Positions 46,534-60,016 are shown, numbered from the stretch's first letter. The stretch: 64,000 nt of DNA from Solirubrobacterales bacterium (GCA_036505735.1 DASXSZ010000203.1:1658-65657), one strand, 5' to 3'. The notes: generated from the letters alone by a model not told the origin. Translations and numbers: made by a program.

Positions 46534-47199
46534 CTCAGGCGGGCTGAAGCCCTCCGCCCCGATCAGCGGGACGAATCGGCAGGGCCCGATCGTCTCCTGG
46601 CGGAGGTCTCCGTCCTCCTTGGTGAAGGCGGTGAGCAGATCGGCGGCGCCGGTGGCGATGGGCACAACCAGCCGGCCGCTGCTGGCAAGCTCGGCGAGCA
46701 GGCTGTGCGGCGCCTCGGGGGTGGCCGCGTGAACGGCGATCGCGTCGTAGGGAGCGCCCTCGGGATAGCCGCGGCTCCCGTCGCCGACGACCACCTCGAC
46801 GTTCCGGATACCGAGCTCCTCGAGCCTCTCGCGCGCGGTCTCGCCGAGCTCCGGGACGCGCTCGAGGCTGATCACGTGCCCGGCGAGCTCAGCCAGGACG
46901 GCGGCCGAATAGCCCGAGCCCGTGCCGATCTCGAGCAGGTTCTCCCCGCCGGTCAGCTGCAGCGCCTGGCAGATCGCCGCTACCACCCATGGTTGCGAGA
47001 TCGTCTGCTCGTGACCGATCGGCAGAGCCGAGTCGTTGTAGGCGCTGTTGCGAATCGGCTCGGGCACGAAGTGCTCGCGAGGCACCCTGGCCATGGCGTC
47101 GAGCACGCGCTCGTCGTCGATCCCGCGCCGGTGGAGCTGGCGCTCGACCATGAGCGCTCGCTGCTCCGCGAAATCAGGCGGACGGCCGAGAGGCGTCAC
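46522..47199 (-). CDS. pcm: protein-L-isoaspartate O-methyltransferase (paralogue 2)
   Basis: VPREHFVP, PIGHEQTISQPWVVA and LEIGTGSGYSAAVLA. The GTG start directly abuts the crp-family stop. Confidence 0.9.
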   Translation of the reverse strand: MTPLGRPPDFAEQRALMVERQLHRRGIDDERVLDAMARVPREHFVPEPIRNSAYNDSALPIGHEQTISQPWVVAAICQALQLTGGENLLEIGTGSGYSAAVLAELAGHVISLERVPELGETARERLEELGIRNVEVVVGDGSRGYPEGAPYDAIAVHAATPEAPHSLLAELASSGRLVVPIATGAADLLTAFTKEDGDLRQETIGPCRFVPLIGAEGFSPPEPPE

Positions 47200-47928
47200 T
47201 CAGAAAATGTAGGCGTCGAGCCGTTCGGGCTCGATCACCGTGACGCGGCCGCGCCCGACCTGAACCACGCCCGCCCGCTCAAGCGTGGCCAGGAAGCGGC
47301 TGACGCTCTCGCGCGAGGTCCCCGCCATCTGGGCGAGGTCGGACTGGCGCAGCCTGATCGTGACGCCGTCTCTGACGAGCCGTGTCACTGCCTCCTCGGT
47401 GAGCAGCTGGTTGAGCACCCCGGCCACGCGGCTGGGGACCGTCTGGAAGGACTGGCGCGCGATCCGCTCGTTCGCCTCGCGCAACCGGCGCGTCAGCGCA
47501 ACGACCAGCTTCTCGGCCATCTGGGGGTGCTTGCGGATCAGGGCGCGCATGTCGCTGGCCGGAAGCGCGAGCAGCTCGGTGTTCTCCGCGGCCTCGACGC
47601 TGGCGGAGCGCCGCTCGCCGTCCAGCATCGCGAGCTCGCCGAAGATCGCTCCGGGGCCGAGGGTGGCCAGGGTGATCACTCGTCCATCCGAGTGCTGCCG
47701 GATCACCCGGCAGCTGCCGCGATGGACGATGTAGCAGGCGTCGCCCGGGTCGCCCTCGTGGAAGACCCGCGTGTCCCCGGGGTAGCTGCGCGGGATCGCG
47801 ACCTGAGCGACCCGGTCAAGCTCGTCGGCCGAGAGCTCCGAGAACAGGGGAACGCGGCCCAGGAGCTCGAGAATCCCTTGTCTTGCTCCTCTCTCCAATC
47901 CGCGGTCGATTATCCGCGACTTGGGCAA
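47200..47928 (-). CDS. Crp/Fnr family transcriptional regulator
   Basis: cNMP-binding domain (VPLFSELSADELDRV...FHEGDPGDACYIVHRGSCRVI...GELAMLDG) and a C-terminal HTH (LRQSDLAQMAGTSRESVSRFL). The exact start is uncertain; the ORF track uses TTG 47928. Confidence 0.85.
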   Translation of the reverse strand: MPKSRIIDRGLERGARQGILELLGRVPLFSELSADELDRVAQVAIPRSYPGDTRVFHEGDPGDACYIVHRGSCRVIRQHSDGRVITLATLGPGAIFGELAMLDGERRSASVEAAENTELLALPASDMRALIRKHPQMAEKLVVALTRRLREANERIARQSFQTVPSRVAGVLNQLLTEEAVTRLVRDGVTIRLRQSDLAQMAGTSRESVSRFLATLERAGVVQVGRGRVTVIEPERLDAYIF

Positions 47929-47945
47929 AGAATGCTGAGGACTGC

Positions 47946-48722
47946 TCAGCCCTGCTCAGGCGGCTGACACCGCGGACACCAGTAGGTGATCCGCGCGGAA
48001 TCTCCCTGAGCGCGGGACCGGATCGCCGTTCCGCACCTCTGGCATGGCTGCCCGGACCTGCGGTAGACGCGGCTAGGCTGGCGGCCCGTCTCCGCGGCCT
48101 CGAGCATCAGCGCGCGCGTCAGCTCCAGCACAGACGCCAGCTCCTCGTCCGCGACCGTGCTCAGTGGACGCCCGGGATCGACCTTCGCCTCGAAGCACCC
48201 CTCCGACTTGAAGATGTTCCCGATCCCGGCGATCAGGGTCTGATCGAGCAAGGCGTCGCCGAGCTCGGCCGCCGGACCCGCGGCGCGGAGGCGACCTGGC
48301 GCAGCGCTCCGGTCGAAATCCTCGGCCAGGAGATCCGGGCCGAGGCGCGCCAGGCGCGGGTCGCGCCGGAGCTGAGCCTCCCGGGCGATCCGCATCGTGG
48401 AGCCGCCGAAGTTGACCGCCTCGCGGCCCCGGCCGGCGAGGGAGATCCACGCCTGGTGTGCGGGTCGCCTCCAGCGCTCGCCCGACTCGTAGAGGTGCCA
48501 GGAGCCGCGCATCCCGAGATGGCTGTGCAGGGTGAGCCCGCCCTCGAAGTGAAGGAACAGGTGCTTGCCTCGGCTCTCCACCCCCTCGAGCACTCGGCCG
48601 TCGAGCTCGGTGGGCGGCAGCCCCGACGTGCGTCTCGGGCCGGGCGTGCGCACGGACACCTCCGCCCCGGCGAGGCTCTCGTCGAGGCGCCGGGCGAGGC
48701 GGAGGATCGAATCACCCTCCAC
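47946..48722 (-). CDS. nei: Fpg/Nei family DNA glycosylase (Nei2-like)
   Basis: ESRGKHLF, LGPDLL, LLDQTLIAGIGNIFKSE (H2TH) and a C-terminal zinc finger CQRCGTAIRSRAQGDSARITYWCPRC. The N-terminus reads M-EGDS and lacks the usual Pro2. Confidence 0.85.
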   Translation of the reverse strand: MEGDSILRLARRLDESLAGAEVSVRTPGPRRTSGLPPTELDGRVLEGVESRGKHLFLHFEGGLTLHSHLGMRGSWHLYESGERWRRPAHQAWISLAGRGREAVNFGGSTMRIAREAQLRRDPRLARLGPDLLAEDFDRSAAPGRLRAAGPAAELGDALLDQTLIAGIGNIFKSEGCFEAKVDPGRPLSTVADEELASVLELTRALMLEAAETGRQPSRVYRRSGQPCQRCGTAIRSRAQGDSARITYWCPRCQPPEQG

Positions 48723-48803
48723 GATTAAACGGGTCGCTCCTCCGACATCTCACGGGTAGCGCTGTCGCGCGACCTCGCGTTATCGGAGCGCCCTCGCATA
48801 TCC

Positions 48804-53318
<4,515 letters not shown>

Positions 53319-53379
53319 CCTACTGACCTTACAGATCAGCGATGCCGGCTTCGGTCCCCGCGGCGGCCCGCGGGTCCGT

Positions 53380-53514
53380 CTAGGTGCGCCGCCCGCGCGG
53401 CAGGATCAGCGAGAGGAGCGAGCGACGCCCGCACTTCGGGCACCGCGAGAAGGACCGCTCGAGGGTCGCGCCGCAATGGCGGCACGCAGGCTTCTGCGCG
53501 ACGACGCCCTTCAC
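53380..53514 (-). CDS. candidate zinc-ribbon micro-protein (44 aa)
   Basis: Not in the ORF track because it is under 60 aa. GTG start. Sequence MKGVVAQKPACRHCGATLERSFSRCPKCGRRSLLSLILPRGRRT with CxxC-N13-CxxC. 41 of 44 codons end in G/C. There is no convincing Shine-Dalgarno. Confidence 0.35.
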   Translation of the reverse strand: MKGVVAQKPACRHCGATLERSFSRCPKCGRRSLLSLILPRGRRT

Positions 53515-53545
53515 ACTGGGCAGTCTAGGCAGCCTCTGGGGCTGA

Positions 53546-55699
53546 CTAAGGCTGACCCTCCGCCGTCCCGACGGCGACCCGCTCGACGTCGAGCCGCGGC
53601 AGGATCCGCTCCAGCCAGTCCGGGATCCACCAGTTGCGCTTGCCGAGGAGCTGCATCACAGCGGGTACCAGAACCATCCGGATCAGAGTGGCGTCGAGGA
53701 AGACAGCGGACGCCAGGCCGATCCCGAACAGCTTTAGGAAGACCTGGCTTGACGTGACGAACGCCAGGAAGACGACCACCATGATCGCCGCTGCGGCGGT
53801 GATCACTCGGGCCGTCTTTGCGAGCCCGTCGGCGACCGCACGCCGGGTGTCGCCGTCCTTCAGGTACTCCTCCCTGATTCGCGAGATCAGGAAGACCTCG
53901 TAGTCCATCGAGAGGCCGAAGAGGATGGCGAACATCATCACGGGCATAAACGGTGCCACCGGCACCTCGTGGTCGATGCCGATCAGGTTGCTGAGTCCGC
54001 CCCCGTTCGCCGCCAGCGTCATCACACCGTAGGCGGCGCTCACCGAGAGCAGGTTCATCACCGCAGCCTTCAGCGAGATGAACGGGGAGTGGAAGGCCAC
54101 CAGCAGCAGGAGGAACGAGAGCCCGACTACGCCGGCGATGAAGAGCGGCAGGCGGTCCTTCATGTAGTTGCTCTGGTCCTCCAGCGCTGCGGTTACTCCG
54201 CCCACCTTCACCTGGATGCCCGAGCTGCCGACGGCGGTCGGGATGGTGTCGTCGCGAAGCTGCCTGACGAGGTCCGAGGTCGCAGAGTCCTGGGGCGAGC
54301 TCTTCGGGACCACCGTGATCAGCGCGGCGTCGCCCGGCGGGTTGATGCGAACTGGTGAGACGAAGGCGACGTCGGGATCGCTTTTGATGCGGTTGGCGAG
54401 ACTGTCCATGGTCGTCTTCTGCGAGGGGTCCTGTAGCTCCGCGGCCAGCACCACCGGGCCGTTGGTGCCCGGGCCGAATCCCTCGGCCGTGAGGTCATAT
54501 GACTGGCGGGTCATCGTGCCGGGCGGGTCGTTGCCGGCGTCGGGGAAGCCGAGCCGCATACCGAGGGCGGGTGCAGCCAATGCAAGCAGGATCGCCGTGG
54601 CGACGATCGCCGCCGACCAGGGATGGCGCTGGACCATGTGGCTCCAGCGGGCCGCCGGAGACTCCTTGCCGTTGGCCTCGGTCCTGAGCGTCCGCCCCAG
54701 GAGGGGGATGCGAAGCCGGTCGACCCTCGGCCCGAGATACGAGAGCAAAGCCGGCAGCAGGCTGATCGCCGCGAGCATCACGACCAGGACGGCGATCGCG
54801 GCCGAGAGCGCGACACCGTACATGTAGGACAGGCCCGTGAGGAATAGGCCAAGGACCGCGATGACGACGGTGAGGCCGGCGATGATCACGCTCCGCCCAG
54901 CGGTCGTGATCGCCTCGACGACGGCGTCGTGCCGGTTCTTCCCGCCGTTCATCGCCGAGCGGAACCGGGTCAGGACGAGCAGCGAATAGTCGATGCCGAC
55001 GCCGATCCCGATCAGTCCCGAGACCGCCGTGGTCCAGTCGGGTACGTCAATCACGTTGGCGAGCAGCGGGATCAGCCCGGCAGACGAGATTCCCAGCCCG
55101 ATCAGGGCGATCGACAGGGGCAGTCCAGCCGCGACGACCGAGCCGAAGGCGATCAGGAGGACGATCGCTGCGCCGAAGAACCCAACCCCTTCGGGGCTGC
55201 TCTGCTCCTCAGCGCGATTGATCGGGTCGCCGCCGAGCTTGATCTCAAGACCATTGCCGTCGTTGGCCTGGGCGGCGTCGATCAGCTTGGTCCCCTGATC
55301 CTTGGTGACGTCCCAGCCCGGGACGGTCAGCGGAAGCGTGGTTGTCCCGATCTGCCCGTTCTGGGAGTAGCGGATCGGGGTGTGGCCTGCGATGTTCTGG
55401 ACCTTCTCGGCCTGGGCGAAGAAGGCGTTCATCCGCTGCTGGACCGCGGGGCTCTGGGCGCCCGCCGGGTGCTTCCAGGTGACGTAGACCTCCTGCGCCG
55501 AGTAGCCGCCGAAGCGCTGCTCGGTGATGTCGCTCGCCGCCTTCGAGTCCGAGCCGGGGGTGTTGTAGTCGGCCTTGTTCTCGCCCTTGAGGGCGGAGCC
55601 GACCCCGATGATCAGGACCATGGCCGCGATCCAGGCGAGGACCATGCGGCCGCGGTGCCGATATGCGATGTCAGCAAGACGGGCTAGGTGACGGGTCAT
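53546..55699 (-). CDS. MMPL family (RND superfamily) transporter
   Basis: 717 aa with two 6-TM bundles and two periplasmic domains. N-terminus MTRHLARLADIAYRHRGRMVLAWIAAMVLII and the repeated LSMDYEVFLISR / GVGIDYSLLVLTR motifs. Confidence 0.9.
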   Translation of the reverse strand: MTRHLARLADIAYRHRGRMVLAWIAAMVLIIGVGSALKGENKADYNTPGSDSKAASDITEQRFGGYSAQEVYVTWKHPAGAQSPAVQQRMNAFFAQAEKVQNIAGHTPIRYSQNGQIGTTTLPLTVPGWDVTKDQGTKLIDAAQANDGNGLEIKLGGDPINRAEEQSSPEGVGFFGAAIVLLIAFGSVVAAGLPLSIALIGLGISSAGLIPLLANVIDVPDWTTAVSGLIGIGVGIDYSLLVLTRFRSAMNGGKNRHDAVVEAITTAGRSVIIAGLTVVIAVLGLFLTGLSYMYGVALSAAIAVLVVMLAAISLLPALLSYLGPRVDRLRIPLLGRTLRTEANGKESPAARWSHMVQRHPWSAAIVATAILLALAAPALGMRLGFPDAGNDPPGTMTRQSYDLTAEGFGPGTNGPVVLAAELQDPSQKTTMDSLANRIKSDPDVAFVSPVRINPPGDAALITVVPKSSPQDSATSDLVRQLRDDTIPTAVGSSGIQVKVGGVTAALEDQSNYMKDRLPLFIAGVVGLSFLLLLVAFHSPFISLKAAVMNLLSVSAAYGVMTLAANGGGLSNLIGIDHEVPVAPFMPVMMFAILFGLSMDYEVFLISRIREEYLKDGDTRRAVADGLAKTARVITAAAAIMVVVFLAFVTSSQVFLKLFGIGLASAVFLDATLIRMVLVPAVMQLLGKRNWWIPDWLERILPRLDVERVAVGTAEGQP

Positions 55700-55804
55700 C
55701 CTGTTCCCCCTTGAGTCACAATTCCTTTACTGCCTCAACGATTACCGAGAGCAATGATTCATAGCAAAAACGAACTGCTCTAGTCTCCCGGGAGCGATGC
55801 CCTA

Positions 55805-56338
55805 GTGACTACATCTAAGGACGAAACTCATCGGAAAAACGTGACAAAGGCGGGTGCCCGGCCGCTCGCCTCAGACAAGGCACCCTGGAGCATCGGCTTT
55901 CTGCTCTCTCAGGTTGGCATCTACGCGTCGCGCCGGTTCGCCGAGAGACTTGCGGCGATCGACCTCCATCCGCCGCTCTTCCGCGTGCTCAACGTGGTAG
56001 ACGCCTCCGAGGGCCTTTCACAGCAGGCGATCGGGGAGGCGATTCACGCGCCCGCCAGCCGCATGGTGGCGATCGTCGACGAGCTCGAAAGCCGAGGCCT
56101 GATCGAGCGCCGGCAGTATCCTCGCGACCGTCGAGTCCATGCTCTCTACCTGACCGAGAAGGGCCGCGAGCTGCTCGCCCGCGGCCGCAAGATCGCGAGC
56201 GAGCACGAGGCCGAGCTTACGCGCGGGATGAACAAGGCCGACCGGGAGCGCCTGGTGTCGCTCCTGCGGAAGATCGTCGAGCGCCAGGCGATCGGTCCCG
56301 GCGTCCACCCGGGACTCACAGACGGCAACGGCCCTTAG
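55805..56338 (+). CDS. MarR family transcriptional regulator
   Basis: Winged HTH (LSQQAIGEAIHAPASRMVAIVDELESRGLIERRQYPRDRRVHALYLTEKG). Divergent from the MMPL gene. The first codons are A/T-ending, so the start may be GTG 55841. Confidence 0.85.
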   Translation: MTTSKDETHRKNVTKAGARPLASDKAPWSIGFLLSQVGIYASRRFAERLAAIDLHPPLFRVLNVVDASEGLSQQAIGEAIHAPASRMVAIVDELESRGLIERRQYPRDRRVHALYLTEKGRELLARGRKIASEHEAELTRGMNKADRERLVSLLRKIVERQAIGPGVHPGLTDGNGP

Positions 56339-56428
56339 TCACAGTCGTAGACGATCTCCACCGCACCGGCAGCCCATCGGGCGTCGCGATGAAGCCGTCG
56401 AGGCTGATGCAGGTGCGGGTCCGGATCG

Positions 56429-56974
56429 TCACCTGGCGAGGGACTGAGCCACGTCGGCCAGGCGGGGAGCGCCGCGGTCGCGATCCGAGAGGATCGGGTC
56501 CCGGATGGGCCAGTCGACCGCGATCTCCGGATCGTCCCATGCCACCTCCAACTCGAGCTCGGGGTCGTAGTAGCTCGACAGCCGGTAGAGCACGTCGGCC
56601 GAGTCCGAGAGCACGCAGAAGCCGTGGCCGAAGCCGTCCGGGATGAAGAGCTGGCGGTGGTCGGCGTCATCCAGCTCGTAGCCCTCCCAGTGCTTGTAGG
56701 TCGGGGAGTCGGGCCGCAGGTCCACCGCCACGTCGAAGATCCGGCCCCGCGCGCAGCGGACCAGCTTCGCCTGGCCGCGCTGCATGTGCAGGCCGCGCAG
56801 GACCTGGCCGCCGGAGCGGCTGTGGTTGTCCTGGACGAAGTCGACGTCGATGCCGAGCTTCCTCATCTCGCTCTCGCGGAAGGTCTCGACGAAGAAGCCG
56901 CGCTCGTCGCCGTGGATCGTCGGGTCGATCAGCACGACGCCGTCGATCTCCGTGGCCAGGCGGCGGAAGCTCAC
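56429..56974 (-). CDS. rmlC: dTDP-4-dehydrorhamnose 3,5-epimerase
   Basis: HGDERGFFVETF, VQDNHSRS..GVLRGLH-type motif and FIPDGFGHGF. The GTG start overlaps the rmlB stop (GTGA). Confidence 0.9.
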   Translation of the reverse strand: MSFRRLATEIDGVVLIDPTIHGDERGFFVETFRESEMRKLGIDVDFVQDNHSRSGGQVLRGLHMQRGQAKLVRCARGRIFDVAVDLRPDSPTYKHWEGYELDDADHRQLFIPDGFGHGFCVLSDSADVLYRLSSYYDPELELEVAWDDPEIAVDWPIRDPILSDRDRGAPRLADVAQSLAR

Positions 56975-57969
56975 TTCAGGGCCTTCCCGTACTGCCGCTC
57001 GTAGTAGTCGCGGTACTCGCCGGAGCGGATCGGCCGCCACCACCACTCGTTGTCGCGGTACCAGGCCACGGTGCGCTCGATTCCCTCGTCGAAGTGGACC
57101 GCCGGCTCCCAGCCGAGCTCCCGCAGGCGGGCGGCGGAGAGGGAGTAGCGGCGATCGTGGCCGGGCCGGTCGGTGACGTATTCGATCAGGGACTCGTCGC
57201 GATCGGTGAGCGCGAGGATGCGCTTCACCACCTCGAGGTTGGGCAGCTCGTCCGGCCCGCCGACGTTGTAGACGTTGCCCGGCTCGCCCCGCTCGAGCAC
57301 CATGTCGACCGCGGCGCAGCAGTCCTCGACGAAAAGCCAGTTGCGGACCTGCATGCCGTCCCCGTAGACCGGCAGCGGATCGCCGGCGAGGGCGTTGAGA
57401 ATGCAGAGCGGGATCAGCTTCTCGGGATGCTGGCGCGGCCCGTAGTTGTTCGACGCCCGGATGATCAGCGCCTCGGCGCCGTAGGTCCGCGCGAACGCCG
57501 AAACCAGCAGATCGCCACCGGCCTTCGAGGCCGAGTAGGGGGAGGACGGGTTGAGCGGCGATTCCTCCGTGGCGGAGCCCTGAAAGAAGTCGCCGTAAAC
57601 CTCATCGGTCGAAACCTGGAGGTGGCGTGTCCCAGCGTCGCGGGCCGCCTCGAGCAGGACGTAGGTGCCATAGACGTCGGTGGTGATGAACTCCCCCGGC
57701 GCCTCGATCGATCGGTCGACGTGCGACTCGGCGGCGAAGTTGACCACCGCGTCGCAACCGTCGACGGCCGCCCTGGCGGATTCGCGATCGGCGATGTCGG
57801 CCTCGATCAGCTCGAAGCGCTCCTCGGAGAGCCCATCGAGGTTCTCGCGGCGCCCGGCGTAGGTCAGCTTGTCGATGACCCGGATGCCGTCCTCGGGATG
57901 GGTCTCGAGGTGCAGTCGAACGTAATTCGAGCCGATGAAACCGGCGCCGCCGGCGACCAGGATCCTCAT
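56971..57969 (-). CDS. rmlB: dTDP-glucose 4,6-dehydratase
   Basis: MRILVAGGAGFIGSNYV, the YSASKAGGD catalytic YxxxK and RPGHDRRY. The ATG overlaps the rmlD stop (ATGA). Confidence 0.93.
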   Translation of the reverse strand: MRILVAGGAGFIGSNYVRLHLETHPEDGIRVIDKLTYAGRRENLDGLSEERFELIEADIADRESARAAVDGCDAVVNFAAESHVDRSIEAPGEFITTDVYGTYVLLEAARDAGTRHLQVSTDEVYGDFFQGSATEESPLNPSSPYSASKAGGDLLVSAFARTYGAEALIIRASNNYGPRQHPEKLIPLCILNALAGDPLPVYGDGMQVRNWLFVEDCCAAVDMVLERGEPGNVYNVGGPDELPNLEVVKRILALTDRDESLIEYVTDRPGHDRRYSLSAARLRELGWEPAVHFDEGIERTVAWYRDNEWWWRPIRSGEYRDYYERQYGKALK

Positions 57970-58943
57970 GCCGCGTCCTGGCCCTCGCCTCCCTCGGCCT
58001 CCCCGATCTCCGCGCCGTCCGCCTCGCGCTCCTCGCGCTCCCGGCGGGTCCAGTCGAGCATCGGCTGCCGCCGCGACGCGCTCGAACGCCGTCTCGGCGC
58101 GTCCTCCTCCGCCTGGTCGCGGCGGGCGAGATAGTCCGAGAGGCCGCGCTGCCAGGGAGGCAGTGTGATCGGGGCCGAGCGACGGCTGATCAGCACGGAG
58201 TTCGCCGGTCGCTTCGCCGGCCGCTCCATCATGTCGGTGGTCGACGCCATCACCCTGGTGACCACCTCGGCCTGGCGGAAGATCTCCATCGCGAACTCGT
58301 ACCAGGAGCAGCTTCCCTCTGCGGCCATGTGGTGGATGCCGTAGGCCGCGCTTTCGATCAGGCGAAGCAGCCCAACCGCCAGGTGGCCCGTGTAGGTCGG
58401 GCAGCCGACCTGGTCGTGGACGACGACCACGGGCCCGCCGCCCTCGCCGAGCCGCAGCATCGTCTCCACGAAGTTCCCGCCGCGCGGCCCGAACAGCCAT
58501 GAGGACCGCACGATGAAGCTGCGCCGGTTGACCAGGGCGGTCGCGCGCTCCCCCGCGAGCTTGGTGCGCCCGTAGGCGTTGATCGGCGCCGGGTCGTCGG
58601 ACTCGCCGTACGGTCCGTTGGTCCCGTCGAAGACGTAATCGGTCGAGATGTAGACGGCCTTCGCGCCCACCTTCGCCGCCGCGTCCGCGACGAATCCCGC
58701 TCCCTGAGCATTGATCAGCGATGCGTCGTGCTCGGATTCCTCGGCGGCGTCGACGTTGGTCCAGGCTGCGCAGTTGATGACCGCGTCCGGGCGCTCGCGA
58801 GTGATCACCCGCTCGACCCCGGCGGGGTCCGTCACGTCCAGGTCCTCGTGGCCAAGCGCCACGACCTGGTGGCGGATCTCCTGTGCGACCCGGACCACGT
58901 CGTTGCCGAGCTGGCCGCCGGCGCCGGTCACCAGGACCTTCAT
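57966..58943 (-). CDS. rmlD: dTDP-4-dehydrorhamnose reductase with a charged C-terminal tail
   Basis: MKVLVTGAGGQLG, INCAAWTNVD and YGRTKLAGE (YxxxK). An extra low-complexity tail of about 50 aa. The ATG overlaps the rmlA stop (ATGA). Confidence 0.9.
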   Translation of the reverse strand: MKVLVTGAGGQLGNDVVRVAQEIRHQVVALGHEDLDVTDPAGVERVITRERPDAVINCAAWTNVDAAEESEHDASLINAQGAGFVADAAAKVGAKAVYISTDYVFDGTNGPYGESDDPAPINAYGRTKLAGERATALVNRRSFIVRSSWLFGPRGGNFVETMLRLGEGGGPVVVVHDQVGCPTYTGHLAVGLLRLIESAAYGIHHMAAEGSCSWYEFAMEIFRQAEVVTRVMASTTDMMERPAKRPANSVLISRRSAPITLPPWQRGLSDYLARRDQAEEDAPRRRSSASRRQPMLDWTRREREEREADGAEIGEAEGGEGQDAA

Positions 58944-60016
58944 GGGATCGAGATGTCCGCGTTGTCGCCGACCAGGAAGCGCAGCGTCTTCGGCATGCCC
59001 TCGCTGCGGCTCAGGCTGACGTTCTTCCCGAGCAGGCTCGCCTCCATCCGGGCGTGCAGGTCGCGAATGCTCGACCCGGCGAGGACGATGGAGTGCTCGA
59101 CCTCCGACCCTGTGATCACGACGTTCCGGTCGATGGCCGTGTAGGGGCCGATGTACGAGTCCGAGATCCGGGAGTCGGCGCCGATGATCGCGGGCCCCCT
59201 GACCACGGATCGCTCCAGCTTGGCTCCCCGCTCGATCACGACGCGGCCCTCGACGCGAGAAGCGGAGTCGAGGTCGCCGTCGATGCGCTGCTCGATGTCC
59301 TCGAGCACGAGCCGGTTCGCCTCGAGCATGTCCTCGAGCTTTCCGGTGTCCTTCCACCAGCCCTTGACGATGTGGGGCTCGACGCGTCGGTCGGAGTCGA
59401 TCAGGGCGTCGATCGCGTCCGTGATCTCGAGCTCGCCGCGCGCCGAGGGCTCGATCCCGTGAGCCGCCTCGAAGATCGAGGGACCGAACATGTAGACGCC
59501 GACCAGCGCGAGGTCGCTGGGCGGATCCTTCGGCTTCTCGACCAGCCGCACGACGCGGTCGCCGTTGAGCTCGGCCACCCCGTAGGCGGACGGATCCTCG
59601 ACGTGCGTAAGCAGGATCAGCGCGTCGGGCTCCGAGCGGCGGAAGACCTCGACCAGCTCGACGATCCCATCGCGGAGCAGATTGTCCCCCAGGTACATGA
59701 CGAAGGGGCTCTGGCCGAGGTAGTGCTCGGCGGTGAGCAGGGCGTGGGCGAGCCCGAGCGGCGCCTCCTGCTCGACGTAGGTGATCGACGCGCCAAAGGC
59801 CGAGCCGTCACCGGCCGCCTGCCGGATCTCCTCGCCGGTCTCGGGCGCGACGATCACGCCGATTTCGGTGATTCCCGCCTCGACCAGCGCCTCGATGCCG
59901 TAGAAGAGCACCGGCTTGTTGGCCACCGGCACCAGCTGCTTTGCCGAGGTGTGGGTGATCGGGCGCAGGCGCGTGCCGGCACCTCCCGAGAGAATCAACC
60001 CCTTGAGCGCTTCCAT
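58940..60016 (-). CDS. rmlA: glucose-1-phosphate thymidylyltransferase (long form with C-terminal left-handed beta-helix)
   Basis: LILSGGAGTRLRPITHTSAKQLVPVANKP signature. 358 aa with hexapeptide-repeat-like C-terminal third. Confidence 0.9.
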   Translation of the reverse strand: MEALKGLILSGGAGTRLRPITHTSAKQLVPVANKPVLFYGIEALVEAGITEIGVIVAPETGEEIRQAAGDGSAFGASITYVEQEAPLGLAHALLTAEHYLGQSPFVMYLGDNLLRDGIVELVEVFRRSEPDALILLTHVEDPSAYGVAELNGDRVVRLVEKPKDPPSDLALVGVYMFGPSIFEAAHGIEPSARGELEITDAIDALIDSDRRVEPHIVKGWWKDTGKLEDMLEANRLVLEDIEQRIDGDLDSASRVEGRVVIERGAKLERSVVRGPAIIGADSRISDSYIGPYTAIDRNVVITGSEVEHSIVLAGSSIRDLHARMEASLLGKNVSLSRSEGMPKTLRFLVGDNADISIP

